A stretch of DNA of 35,588 bases from an uncultured Candidatus Peribacteria bacterium (GTDB lineage Bacteria; Patescibacteriota; Gracilibacteria; UBA1369; GCA-2718715), in NCBI GenBank assembly GCA_964471455.1, contig CAYYFV010000001.1:1-35588 (forward strand), written 5' to 3'. Of the stretch, positions 1-8,952 are shown one piece after another; the stretch's first letter is position 1, and the number at the start of each line of letters is the position of its first letter. Both the position numbers and the translations under genes were made by a program. The notes below the pieces were generated by a model. That model had not been told where the DNA came from. It searched no databases and saw only the letters and a program-made list of their open reading frames with translations.

Positions 1-719
1 GCATGTAGAATAGTGAAATCTTTAGTGTTTAGATAGGCTTTAACACTAAGGCTAGCAATTGAATCTATACTAATTTGACTCGCTAGCGGCAAGCTAGCTG
101 CCCGAAATGATGGACATTTACTAATTGCATTCATGCGAGTAGTAATATTACCATCCGGGTCGGCATGAATTTGTTTTTTACAGTCCACTATATCTATTGC
201 TTGATTTAAGTTTTCCACGAGAGTCTCTAAATTTACATCTGCCCTGGTGGGGAGTAAATCTATGATGCTTGTGTTAATAATCCAATAAGCCAGGGCACTA
301 GCAAGCTCCTGTTTGTCTTGCAACTCGTAAGCATATGCCACACGAATCAGACAGTGTAGAGCAGCAGACTTAAGCCTTTGTGTGAGCTCGAGACTATAGT
401 CTTGAATAACTTGGTCTATGCCTTGAGCATTTAGCTGCTCTAAAAAGTAATCTCTAAGATTTGGAAACTGTTGAGTTTGGCCAGTAGCTGCCAGGACATC
501 TTCTCGACTGTGTATCAACTCGGCTGTAGGCTCTGTGATTGGCACTAACTTTGGAAAGTAATAATCATAAAACTTATCTAGCTGTTCATCGCTAGCGCCT
601 AACCTGGATAATGCCAGCAAAGCCATGGGTAAATGATTGGTATCTTTATTTGTGAACTCTGGGCTGTAAATTTGGATACTTTGAATTAATTGTTTGCAGT
701 ATGTACTAATATTATCCAT
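1..719 (-). CDS. Partial CDS whose 3-prime end runs off the window; possibly a questin-oxidase-like / DUF4243 family protein
   Basis: Absent from the ORF track because it is truncated. My minus-strand translation from the ATG at 719-717 stays open to position 1 (239 codons): MDNISTYCKQLIQSIQIYSPEFTNKDTNHLPMALLALSRLGASDEQLDKFYDYYFPKLVPITEP... An in-frame TAA lies a few codons upstream of the ATG. The NHxPMAxxAL..LGAS motif recalls DUF4243, but the family call is from memory only. Confidence 0.5.
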   Translation of the reverse strand, partial: MDNISTYCKQLIQSIQIYSPEFTNKDTNHLPMALLALSRLGASDEQLDKFYDYYFPKLVPITEPTAELIHSREDVLAATGQTQQFPNLRDYFLEQLNAQGIDQVIQDYSLELTQRLKSAALHCLIRVAYAYELQDKQELASALAYWIINTSIIDLLPTRADVNLETLVENLNQAIDIVDCKKQIHADPDGNITTRMNAISKCPSFRAASLPLASQISIDSIASLSVKAYLNTKDFTILH

Positions 720-816
720 ATGATGTAATTAAATACTTTTTTATATTTTAGCATTAGTTCAAACCCATATCAAACTAGCATTAGCCGCTACAGCTAAGGT
801 AGCTGGCTAGCCTTGG

Positions 817-2700
817 TTAGCTATCAGTGAGTTTGTCGAGGCTGAGTTTGGATTCTGTGCTGGGGCTTATGAGGAAGTTTGATTGATAATCTTGGTGGAA
901 TGGGGTTTCGAGTATGAGCCTGCCGTTTTTGAACTGGTAGTTTTTGGGAGCGTAGCTGTGGAGTTTGACTCCTTGGGTGTTTAGGATATGGGTGAGTTTG
1001 GCGTTATTGAGTCCTGGTTGGTATTTGGCTGAGAAAGAATACTGACTCGGATGTGCGGAGCTGAGGTAGAGTGGTGTCCGATAAGTTAAGTCAAAGCGAG
1101 TGAGTTTGCCCGGTGTCATACCAAAGCCGGCGACAAAAGATGGCAACTGGGAATGGAAATCAATGTGATTATGAAACTTGAGAGTCGAATCAATGAGACT
1201 GGCCCCAGGTGGTAGATAAGCCCTCAAAAAGGCCTGATAATCTCCCCTGCCTAAAATAAATCTTAGATCTCCGGCCAAATGAGGCAACCCATAACTTTGA
1301 AGCTGTGAATTCAGCTGTATCTCCGTGAAGTTGGTATAAGTATGAGCAAAATCTATTTCGACCTTTGTTTGTACATGGTCTGGGAAGAATGTATCGGTAA
1401 ATGTAATATGACGTTCTATAAATCTATCACCTTTGGTGCCGGATACTGAATTGAAAATAAGGAAATTTTGGTTAGTGTTGTCTGGGACCTGATGGAAAGC
1501 TTCCAGAGTCGATCTAGCATCGAAATATCTAAACGCCTGGTCTAGATCATCTGCCTTGGAGTACATTTGAACTTTTCTAGAAGCTACTGAATCGATAAGT
1601 AGTCTGGCCAAGGTATTTGGATTGAGATTCGACAATAATTGCTGAGGAAGAGTCTCGAGCATTTGAGATATCTGTGACTTGGATGTGGTTTGGCCATGGG
1701 TTTTGGACTCGACAAGATAAGAAAGAATAAAGTCAAAATTATCGCGAGGCCGATAATCTTGGCCATTGATTGTGAGAGTATTTAGATATGGGACTAGGTC
1801 ATTAAAAAACTCATGATTGATTGCAATGACCGAATCGAACGATGGGGCCTTGGCCTGCTGAAGTGACTGTTCGATTTTGGAGGCAACCGACTGGAAATCT
1901 GGAGAGAAATTGAGATCTCGGATAAATAGTTTTTGATTATCATCCACAAACTCAATTGGTAAGCTTGTGAGTCCCTCGAACAAACCATCGAACTGATAAA
2001 TATCATGGAACTCCAGTGATTTTATTTGAGCATTGTCGACCTCTAAAAATGCCAGCAAACCAAGAAAGCCACCACTCCCCCGTAGTTCGTTGTTGTTTTG
2101 GATGAGGATCAGATAGGTGTGAGGCTTGTTGATCCCAAGCATATTGTTGGCTATGGTCAGAGACTGCCTTGATAACTTAAGTGCGGACAATATATCTGTG
2201 TAGTTGTGCTTGAGAAATTTGATGATCGAATTGACTTCGGCGATTGGCTGTAAAACAGGTAGCTTTTGAACCTGCTTATAGTTGGTTTCGAGAATGTGTT
2301 CTGCCTGCAAGAGTGTTTCTTCAAACTGAATTGCAGTTTGGGAAAGCGCCTGGTAGAGACTGGGATTACTCTCAGATAATGATAAAAACTCCTGGGCTGT
2401 GAGTTGATTGATCTGCTCTTGAAACTCCATGAGAATGGAGGCCTGATCCAAAAGATCGGGAGTCAAACTCAGAAGGTTTGGTAGAGGTTGATAACTAGAT
2501 AATATATACTGTAAGTCTGCTATATTTTGACCCAAAAGATCCCTTGTAAACCGAAGGTTTTCTGGGGTTAGCAAGTGACTGACGCTAACATCTTGATACT
2601 GCTGGCTCAGAAGTTTGTGGGTCTTGTCCACACGGTTGAATGTCAGACTGAGTAAGATTATGGGTAATGCTAAGAGCAAGCACAATAAGAATTTACGCAT
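817..2700 (-). CDS. Membrane-anchored extracytoplasmic protein, DUF4012-like
   Basis: 627-aa ORF with an N-terminal hydrophobic anchor (MRKFLLCLLLALPIILLSL). The central motif QNNNELRGSGGFLGLLAFLEV fits the ELR-x-GG-F/I-G signature I associate with DUF4012. Its start codon shares one base with the stop of the upstream ORF (TAATG on the minus strand around 2698-2702). Confidence 0.7.
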   Translation of the reverse strand: MRKFLLCLLLALPIILLSLTFNRVDKTHKLLSQQYQDVSVSHLLTPENLRFTRDLLGQNIADLQYILSSYQPLPNLLSLTPDLLDQASILMEFQEQINQLTAQEFLSLSESNPSLYQALSQTAIQFEETLLQAEHILETNYKQVQKLPVLQPIAEVNSIIKFLKHNYTDILSALKLSRQSLTIANNMLGINKPHTYLILIQNNNELRGSGGFLGLLAFLEVDNAQIKSLEFHDIYQFDGLFEGLTSLPIEFVDDNQKLFIRDLNFSPDFQSVASKIEQSLQQAKAPSFDSVIAINHEFFNDLVPYLNTLTINGQDYRPRDNFDFILSYLVESKTHGQTTSKSQISQMLETLPQQLLSNLNPNTLARLLIDSVASRKVQMYSKADDLDQAFRYFDARSTLEAFHQVPDNTNQNFLIFNSVSGTKGDRFIERHITFTDTFFPDHVQTKVEIDFAHTYTNFTEIQLNSQLQSYGLPHLAGDLRFILGRGDYQAFLRAYLPPGASLIDSTLKFHNHIDFHSQLPSFVAGFGMTPGKLTRFDLTYRTPLYLSSAHPSQYSFSAKYQPGLNNAKLTHILNTQGVKLHSYAPKNYQFKNGRLILETPFHQDYQSNFLISPSTESKLSLDKLTDS

Positions 2701-4058
2701 TATTCAAGGACGATTAGAGTATGAGTTCCAAAACGGTAGTCTCGTGAAAACACTTCGGCTTGAAATGCAGGTAAATTAAGATCCAGATGCAAGAGCTGCT
2801 CCAGAGTTTGGAGGTTTATAGAAAGAAACTCTTGGGATTTTGCTAGGGCCTGCGGTGTATGGACTCGAAAGGCTTCTGAAGTTTGGATTTGGATGTCTTG
2901 ATATGGAGAAAATACCAATTTCCAAGACTTATTAGAATGGCTTTGATAATGCAGATACAAATTGAGAGATTCTAAATAAATTGTGCCTGATGTATGAAGT
3001 GCTGGAGCATCTGTTGAAAGTGTGAGTGCAGCCAGGTTGTACTGACTAGCCTGATTGGTTTTGAGAATATGTTTTGTGTCTTGTGGATTGAAATAATTAT
3101 TTATTAAATGTATGACTGAATGAATTTGAGCCTGAGAAATGGGTGTGGGTGACTGAAAATTTAAGTGCCATTGCTGCGAAGTATCTTTGGTAATTGTGAT
3201 TTGACTTTTACGCAAATTCTGGAGTGTCTGAGCGTGTAGACCTGCATTTTTACTGAGTTTTTGCAAAATCGAAAGAGCAGTTTTTGGTAGGATATTATCT
3301 AAAGTGTGAGCGATGTATGCCAGCTTGTGATTGGCGTTGAGACTCTTGAGGCTGGAGTGACTAATTGCCGGCTGAAATGCCGAAATATTTGCTGTATTTG
3401 TATAATTAGAAAAATATAATTTATTGTCCTGGGTTTCGAGGTTGAAAAAGATTCGATCTTGATTACTCAAAAGTGATTGCATGGATTTTTGATTAGCTGT
3501 TAAGAGCTTATCAAAAAAATATACCTGTGAGATTTGAGCTGGATTTATGTAGACATAGGCAAAACTATTGGCTGGATGATTATTGAGTTGTGAAATTGGG
3601 ACCTGTGTGTTGAGAGGTTTTTGATTGAAAGCGCTTATATTACTGACCAGGGTCTGATTATTACTCACCTGTATTTGTAATGCAGTCGGTATCTGACTGA
3701 GTGATTTTGATGAATTATCGAAGACCAATGCTGGAACCAAAACTTGTTGGACTTTCAGTGCTACGAGTGTGACAGGCTCTGTGGTGGTATGAAATAATTG
3801 CTTGAGATTGCTGTCCGCATCTGAAAATAGTGACTGAGTTAGGTTTCGCAACTTGGCAGATGCAACTGGACTGTCGAGTGCATGGGTATTGGTTTTGATT
3901 GCAAAGACTGTGTCTGCTGGTAGGTATGCAAACCAACGGTCTTGCTTGGACTGATAATAGTTAACAAGAAAATAACTAGAAACAACAAAGGTAGTCAAAG
4001 CTGAAATCTTAAGCGCAAACAATGATTGCCTCTGAATAAATTTAGAGAATTTCGACAT
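2700..4058 (-). CDS. Hypothetical N-terminally anchored extracytoplasmic protein, rich in Q/N/S/T and poor in charged residues; possibly DUF3352-like
   Basis: 452-aa ORF with one N-terminal TM segment (LFALKISALTTFVVSSYFLV), then low-charge Q/N/S/T/L-rich sequence. I recognise no catalytic motif. YLPADTVFAIK after the anchor is only reminiscent of DUF3352. It is translationally coupled to the downstream DUF4012-like gene. Confidence 0.6.
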   Translation of the reverse strand: MSKFSKFIQRQSLFALKISALTTFVVSSYFLVNYYQSKQDRWFAYLPADTVFAIKTNTHALDSPVASAKLRNLTQSLFSDADSNLKQLFHTTTEPVTLVALKVQQVLVPALVFDNSSKSLSQIPTALQIQVSNNQTLVSNISAFNQKPLNTQVPISQLNNHPANSFAYVYINPAQISQVYFFDKLLTANQKSMQSLLSNQDRIFFNLETQDNKLYFSNYTNTANISAFQPAISHSSLKSLNANHKLAYIAHTLDNILPKTALSILQKLSKNAGLHAQTLQNLRKSQITITKDTSQQWHLNFQSPTPISQAQIHSVIHLINNYFNPQDTKHILKTNQASQYNLAALTLSTDAPALHTSGTIYLESLNLYLHYQSHSNKSWKLVFSPYQDIQIQTSEAFRVHTPQALAKSQEFLSINLQTLEQLLHLDLNLPAFQAEVFSRDYRFGTHTLIVLE

Positions 4059-4217
4059 AGTAATCGTTAGAACTATTTATATTTTAAGCAAATTCTGTCT
4101 GTGTGTATAGGTCTATTTGAGTGGCCGGGCCGTAGATTTGACGTAGCTGCTTGTGTATAAAATTGTTTGAAAAAAGCCGAAAAACAAGTTAAATTAACTG
4201 TAGTTTAATTGCAATTT

Positions 4218-6041
4218 ATGAAACTTTCACCGAATGAAATCAGAAAAAGATATTTAGATTTTTTTATTAAAAAATGGCAACACGCCGAAATTCAAAATAG
4301 CTCTATTATTCCAGAAAATGATTCTTCTTCCCTGTTTGTACTGGCTGGGATGCAACCACTGGTACCCTTTTTGACTGGAGAGAAACACCCAAATGGAACT
4401 CGGCTAGTCAACTCCCAACGATGTATTCGAACTAATGATATTGAGGAAGTTGGTGACAATACCCACAATACTTTTTTTGAAATGCTTGGGAACTGGTCTC
4501 TTGGAGACTACTTCAAAGAAGAATCTATTCGTTGGAGCTGGGAGTTTTTGACGGGATCCATAGAAGATGGATGTATGGGAATGGATAAACAACGTTTTTG
4601 TGTGACACTGTATGAAGGTGATACTGATGTAGATCGTGATATGGAAGGGGCAGATATTTGGAGAGAGCTTGGATTTAAAACTCTTGACGAAGCCTCGAAT
4701 GATGATTTTATGCGGATTCATTTCTGTGGCAAAGACAATTGGTGGAAGCTAGGCGCAACTGGGCCTTGTGGACCATCTACAGAAATTTTTTACTACCAAG
4801 GTGATTTAAATGATCCAAAATATTTAAACAAAGAATACAAACCAAACGACGAAGCCGATTTGTATGTAGAAATTTGGAACAATGTATTTATGAGCTATTT
4901 GCGGATGGAAGATGGTAGTTTGGAACTTCTGAAAAATCGGAATGTGGATACAGGTATGGGATTTGAGAGACTAGTGTCTGCAGTAAACAACGTCAACTCT
5001 GCCTATGATACAGAAATCTTTATGCCGGCTATAGAAATGTTGTCTGCTGCTCAACAAGCTGACCTAGATTCGGCAGATATTTCTAAGAGAATTATTTGTG
5101 ACCATATTCGAGCCGCTGTAATTATTATGGGTGATAGAAATGGTATCGAACCATCTAATACAGATCAAGGATATGTCTTGAGAAAACTAATCAGACGAGC
5201 CTATAGACATCTCAGAAAACTGGATGCAGCAGATGAGACTCTGCTTGAGATTGCTAGATTTTTTATTGATTCGTATAAAGATCATTATGCAGAGGTTGGG
5301 CAAAGAGCTGACTTTATTTTGAATGCTTTGCAAACAGAAATGGAGCAGTTTGCCAAAACTTTGATGACTGGAGAAAAAGAATTTGCAAAAATTACAAGTG
5401 ATCTTGAGGCCGGAAGCGTGATTGATGGTAAGGACTGTTTTCGCCTATATGACACATATGGATTTCCTTTGGAAATGACTGTGGAGCTGGCTGAGGAAAA
5501 TGGTTTTATAGCCGACAAGGAAGGTTTTGATAAAGCCTTCAAAGCTCACCAGGCTTTGTCGAGGGCGGGATCAGAACAGAAATTCAAAGGTGGCCTTGCA
5601 GATCACTCAGTGGAAACCACACAGCTACACACTGCTACACACTTGCTACATCAGGCCCTGAGAAATATTTTGGGAGAACATGTCGAGCAAAAAGGCTCAA
5701 ATATTACTCAGGATAGACTGCGATTTGACTTCAATCATGGTGAAAAAGTAAAGCCGGAGCAGCTAGCAGCTGTGGAAGAAATGGTTAATTTTCAAATCCA
5801 AAGAAATCTGCATGTAATTCACGATGTAATGACAGTCGACCAGGCCAAAACAGAAGGTGCCATTGGATTATTTGAAGATAGATATGGAGATCAAATTAAA
5901 GTCTATCGTATTGGGGATTTTTCATTGGAGATTTGCGGAGGCCCTCACGTGGCTGCAACTGGAGAAATGGGTACCTTTAAGATTAAAAAAGAAGAAAGTT
6001 GCGGAAAAGGAATTCGTCGTATAAAGGCTGTTTTAATTTAA
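4218..6041 (+). CDS. alaS: Alanine--tRNA ligase, short form: catalytic, tRNA-recognition and editing domains present, no C-Ala domain
   Basis: N-terminus MKLSPNEIRKRYLDFFIKKWQH, class II core WKLGATGPCGPSTEIFY, and editing-domain motifs HTATHLLHQALR (HxxxH) and CGGPHV (CxxxH). I prefer the ATG at 4218 over the TTG at 4209. The protein ends about 30 aa after CGGPHV, at 607 aa. Confidence 0.9.
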   Translation: MKLSPNEIRKRYLDFFIKKWQHAEIQNSSIIPENDSSSLFVLAGMQPLVPFLTGEKHPNGTRLVNSQRCIRTNDIEEVGDNTHNTFFEMLGNWSLGDYFKEESIRWSWEFLTGSIEDGCMGMDKQRFCVTLYEGDTDVDRDMEGADIWRELGFKTLDEASNDDFMRIHFCGKDNWWKLGATGPCGPSTEIFYYQGDLNDPKYLNKEYKPNDEADLYVEIWNNVFMSYLRMEDGSLELLKNRNVDTGMGFERLVSAVNNVNSAYDTEIFMPAIEMLSAAQQADLDSADISKRIICDHIRAAVIIMGDRNGIEPSNTDQGYVLRKLIRRAYRHLRKLDAADETLLEIARFFIDSYKDHYAEVGQRADFILNALQTEMEQFAKTLMTGEKEFAKITSDLEAGSVIDGKDCFRLYDTYGFPLEMTVELAEENGFIADKEGFDKAFKAHQALSRAGSEQKFKGGLADHSVETTQLHTATHLLHQALRNILGEHVEQKGSNITQDRLRFDFNHGEKVKPEQLAAVEEMVNFQIQRNLHVIHDVMTVDQAKTEGAIGLFEDRYGDQIKVYRIGDFSLEICGGPHVAATGEMGTFKIKKEESCGKGIRRIKAVLI

Positions 6042-7111
6042 TGGAAACAATAATAATCACACGCGTACCCTTTAGGTCTCAAATGGGGGGTGAGGAGATC
6101 CACACGATAGCGGTTGCTAATTACTTGCGTGAGCAAGGTTGCAAAGTGGTGTTTGCAACTAGATGCAAGGTCCTCAAAAAACTTGCGAAAGAACACAACT
6201 TTAGTCACATCTGCTTGAAAGATTTTCCGTCTTCTCCAACTACCAAATTAGCTCTCGCATGGTTTGCCTTAATTTTTCCCTTGGCCCTGCTTGGGAGTCT
6301 ACTTATGTGGGTATTTTTTCGTTTGCGATATGGGAAGGCTACCTATTACATGCTTAATTTAAGCGATAAGATACTGTTTGGATTTTGGATTAAGATATTT
6401 GGGGGCAAGGCTATTTGCATGGAGCATGCGACTATCGGAGACTGGCTTCGCAAGAACCCCTTCTTGGGCATGTATAAGTGGATTCTGAGCGCTAATAGAA
6501 TTAAGGTTGTTGCGGTCTCGCGAGCAATGAAATACGAGCTTGAAAAATCTCTTATGCTCCCCTGCCATGATATTGCTAATGGCATTGAATTAGAGAGATT
6601 GTCTTCGGTAGATAAATTAGATACCGATCGAGATCCAAATCAGATTTTGTTTGTGGGTAGACTCGAGGCTGACAAGGGCTTTGACAAAGTTGTGAATATC
6701 GCAAAAAACAACCCAAATTTAAATTTTGTGGTGTTTGGATCTGGGAGCATGGAATCTATAGCTAAAGGAATTTCCAACCTGAAGCTAAAAGGCTTTGTCG
6801 ACCATAAGGAACTCAAAAAATGGTATCGTAACTCTCAAATGTTACTTTTGCCTGCCACTAAAATGGACCCATTTGCTTTGGTTGTTCCAGAAGCCCTGAA
6901 CCAAGGCTGCGTGGTGATGTGCTCAAACCTAGTTGGTGCTAGTGATTACCTCAACTCCGACTTTGTGTGTGACATCAATGACTTTGAGCAGGAGTTTGAT
7001 CTGTATTATAAAAGGTCATTTCAACTACAGCAAAAAGCCTATAATAAAAGTCTAGAGTTTGACCAGGAAGAGATGTTTGCCGATTATTTGAGACTCTTGA
7101 AAGCCTTGTAG
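6041..7111 (+). CDS. Glycosyltransferase, GT4-like (GT-B fold)
   Basis: The C-terminal half carries FVGRLEADKGFD ... LLLPATKMDPFALVVPEALNQGCVV, a GT4-type E-x7-E region. I prefer the internal ATG at 6041 (METIIITRVPF), which overlaps the alaS TAA as TAATG, over the ORF-track start at 5999 inside alaS. Confidence 0.75.
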   Translation: METIIITRVPFRSQMGGEEIHTIAVANYLREQGCKVVFATRCKVLKKLAKEHNFSHICLKDFPSSPTTKLALAWFALIFPLALLGSLLMWVFFRLRYGKATYYMLNLSDKILFGFWIKIFGGKAICMEHATIGDWLRKNPFLGMYKWILSANRIKVVAVSRAMKYELEKSLMLPCHDIANGIELERLSSVDKLDTDRDPNQILFVGRLEADKGFDKVVNIAKNNPNLNFVVFGSGSMESIAKGISNLKLKGFVDHKELKKWYRNSQMLLLPATKMDPFALVVPEALNQGCVVMCSNLVGASDYLNSDFVCDINDFEQEFDLYYKRSFQLQQKAYNKSLEFDQEEMFADYLRLLKAL

Positions 7112-8145
7112 GCTCTATCTGCTGTTTGGGTCCAGGTGTATTTTTTGAAGATTTTTTTGGCATTTGCTAGTAAGCGGTCTTGAACTTCATGATTATTTGC
7201 TAAAAACCTCATTTGAAAAGCCAGGTCGGTTGTCTTTTTGGGGTCGAAATACAAGGCTGCATCTTGGAGGACCTCCTGCATAACCGTACGCTTGGTAGTA
7301 ATTACTGGCACACCAAGACTCAGTGACTCCAATAGAGGGATGCCAAAGCCCTCATACAGAGATGGGTAGACTGTGAACTCTGCTTGAGCAATGAGGTCGT
7401 TTTTTTCTTGGTTAGATACAAAGCCTGTGATAAATACTCGATCATGTAGATTGAGCTCAGCAATCAGATCTTTGACTTTATTGACATAGCGAATATTACC
7501 CCCGCCTACAAGAAATAAATTGTGTGGAATTTGATCTTTTATCAAGTTGAACTCATAGACTAATGACAATTGGTTTTTACGTTCTAAAAAGGTCGAAATA
7601 CACACGATCTTAGGCCTCTCTATGGTGTTTGTGACCTGAACCTTGTCTCTTTTGGTAAGTGAGTTATATGGCTTAGCCTCATACCCAAGTGGCGTGATAT
7701 AAGCCCTCGAAGCGTCTAATTTGAAATATTGGCAGAATTGCTTTTTTGTAAAATTTGAAACACAGAAGAATTTCACCTTTGAACGCCTGACCAATAATGG
7801 CAAGAATATTCTTTCGATGAGGACCGCCTTGAGAAAATGTCCTTTAGAAAACTTAAACGAAACCATATCATGGACAGTTACAACAACTTTTGTTTTGCTA
7901 AAGAGCGAAACAAAAAACGGTGTAATAAAACTCTCAGGATCAAAATAAATATCCGGTTTGTCACGTCTAACTTTGAGAGCAGCATATAGATGCCAAAGTC
8001 CAATTTTGGAAAAGAAGTTCCTGTCTAATAAGGTCAGGGCTAAATCTTTTTTGGCTTTTAGATTAGCGATTATGTTTTGGGAGTAAACTGCTTTACCTGT
8101 TTTTCTTTCAGATAAAGCCTGTCTGGCATTCACATAAATTCGCAT
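7084..8145 (-). CDS. Glycosyltransferase, GT4 family
   Basis: 353-aa ORF with FLERKNQLSLV ... GFVSNQEKNDLIAQAEFTVYPSLYEGFGIPLLESLSLGVPVITT, the classic GT4 E-x7-E motif. Its 3-prime end overlaps the convergent GT gene by 28 nt. Confidence 0.8.
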   Translation of the reverse strand: MRIYVNARQALSERKTGKAVYSQNIIANLKAKKDLALTLLDRNFFSKIGLWHLYAALKVRRDKPDIYFDPESFITPFFVSLFSKTKVVVTVHDMVSFKFSKGHFLKAVLIERIFLPLLVRRSKVKFFCVSNFTKKQFCQYFKLDASRAYITPLGYEAKPYNSLTKRDKVQVTNTIERPKIVCISTFLERKNQLSLVYEFNLIKDQIPHNLFLVGGGNIRYVNKVKDLIAELNLHDRVFITGFVSNQEKNDLIAQAEFTVYPSLYEGFGIPLLESLSLGVPVITTKRTVMQEVLQDAALYFDPKKTTDLAFQMRFLANNHEVQDRLLANAKKIFKKYTWTQTADRAYKAFKSLK

Positions 8146-8217
8146 GGAGCCAAGGGATTAATAATTGACAAAATTTCTTGAAAAGAAATAGAATACATTT
8201 GATAATATATTAAAAGT

Positions 8218-8859
8218 ATGATTAGCAAATTGCAAGCAGAGCTCGGCCGAATTTTGATTAAGTTTTCGAAACTGCAAAATATAGAAAAATCCATTTGTTG
8301 TGCTGGACTGATTTGTGGAGCAGCAATCTTTGCGAACTGGTATTCAGATTTTGATGTGTATCAAAATGGTGTCAGCTACAATGGCCTTGAGGGGCCGGCG
8401 TCTTTCAATAGTTTTGCAATTTGTTTGAGCTCCCTTCTGTTGGGACTGAGCTTCTTGAGTGAAAGGCTTGAGTCATATAAGCAGAAATTGGATATCTCTT
8501 TGAGAGGTTTGATTAATTACCAAATGGCATTTGTGGCCTTTAATATGATCTGCTATATATCGACGTCATTACACAGAGATGTTGGTGTGAACCCTAACTA
8601 TAAAGAGTTTGGAATGGGGTTTGAATTAAATATTTTAGTTTTATTTTATCTGTGCTTGTTAAGCTTTAGGTACCTGCAGGAAGAATCCGTTCAAGTATCT
8701 AAATATATAATCATGGATAAGGACCTTAAAATCGAAGACGTTGTGCGTAAACACAGTGCCCCGGACTTGAGTGATCAATATCAAAAACAGCAAGAGTTAG
8801 CCAACAGAATGGCTGAAAAGCAAAAAAAACATATGCAATATTATCATCAAGACATATAA
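8218..8859 (+). CDS. Hypothetical integral membrane protein
   Basis: 213-aa ORF with several hydrophobic segments (ICCAGLICGAAIFANW, FAICLSSLLLGLSFL, MAFVAFNMICYIST, ILVLFYLCLLSF) and a charged K/Q-rich C-terminal tail. No recognisable family. Confidence 0.6.
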   Translation: MISKLQAELGRILIKFSKLQNIEKSICCAGLICGAAIFANWYSDFDVYQNGVSYNGLEGPASFNSFAICLSSLLLGLSFLSERLESYKQKLDISLRGLINYQMAFVAFNMICYISTSLHRDVGVNPNYKEFGMGFELNILVLFYLCLLSFRYLQEESVQVSKYIIMDKDLKIEDVVRKHSAPDLSDQYQKQQELANRMAEKQKKHMQYYHQDI

Positions 8860-8883
8860 TTTCTTTGCGACAAGTATTTATAT

Positions 8884-8912
8884 ATTTATTTAGTTGACGG
8901 TGAGTTTCTACT
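8884..8912 (+). promoter_or_regulatory. Sigma70-like promoter upstream of recA: TTGACG, 17-nt spacer, TATTAT
   Basis: TTGACG at 8884-8889 and TATTAT at 8907-8912 with a spacer of exactly 17 nt, about 40 nt upstream of the recA ATG. Confidence 0.5.
8889..8906. promoter_or_regulatory. Perfect inverted repeat GGTGAGT-TTCT-ACTCACC filling the recA promoter spacer; an operator candidate, or alternatively the terminator hairpin of the upstream gene
   Basis: The 7-bp arms at 8889-8895 and 8900-8906 are exact reverse complements separated by a 4-nt centre. The repeat lies 30 nt after the stop of the 8218-8859 gene and between the -35 and -10 hexamers of the recA promoter. Confidence 0.45.
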
Positions 8913-8952
8913 CACCTATTATGTGGGTACAATGTTTAGTTAATACATACAT

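Noticed and set aside
4059-4217. T-box or other riboswitch leaders upstream of alaS (and the 73-nt region upstream of hisS at 20237-20312).
   Set aside because: The leaders are too short for a T-box (about 200-300 nt). I see no specifier-loop or T-box consensus (AANNNGGGTGGTACCGCG-like) and no strong terminator/antiterminator alternative.
7084-7111. Convergent gene-end overlaps: the GT4/GT4 pair by 28 nt here, and the aminopeptidase/methyltransferase pair by 20 nt at 16390-16409.
   Set aside because: This is ordinary in compact genomes. No hairpin or conserved element is visible in the overlaps, so there is no evidence for antisense regulation.
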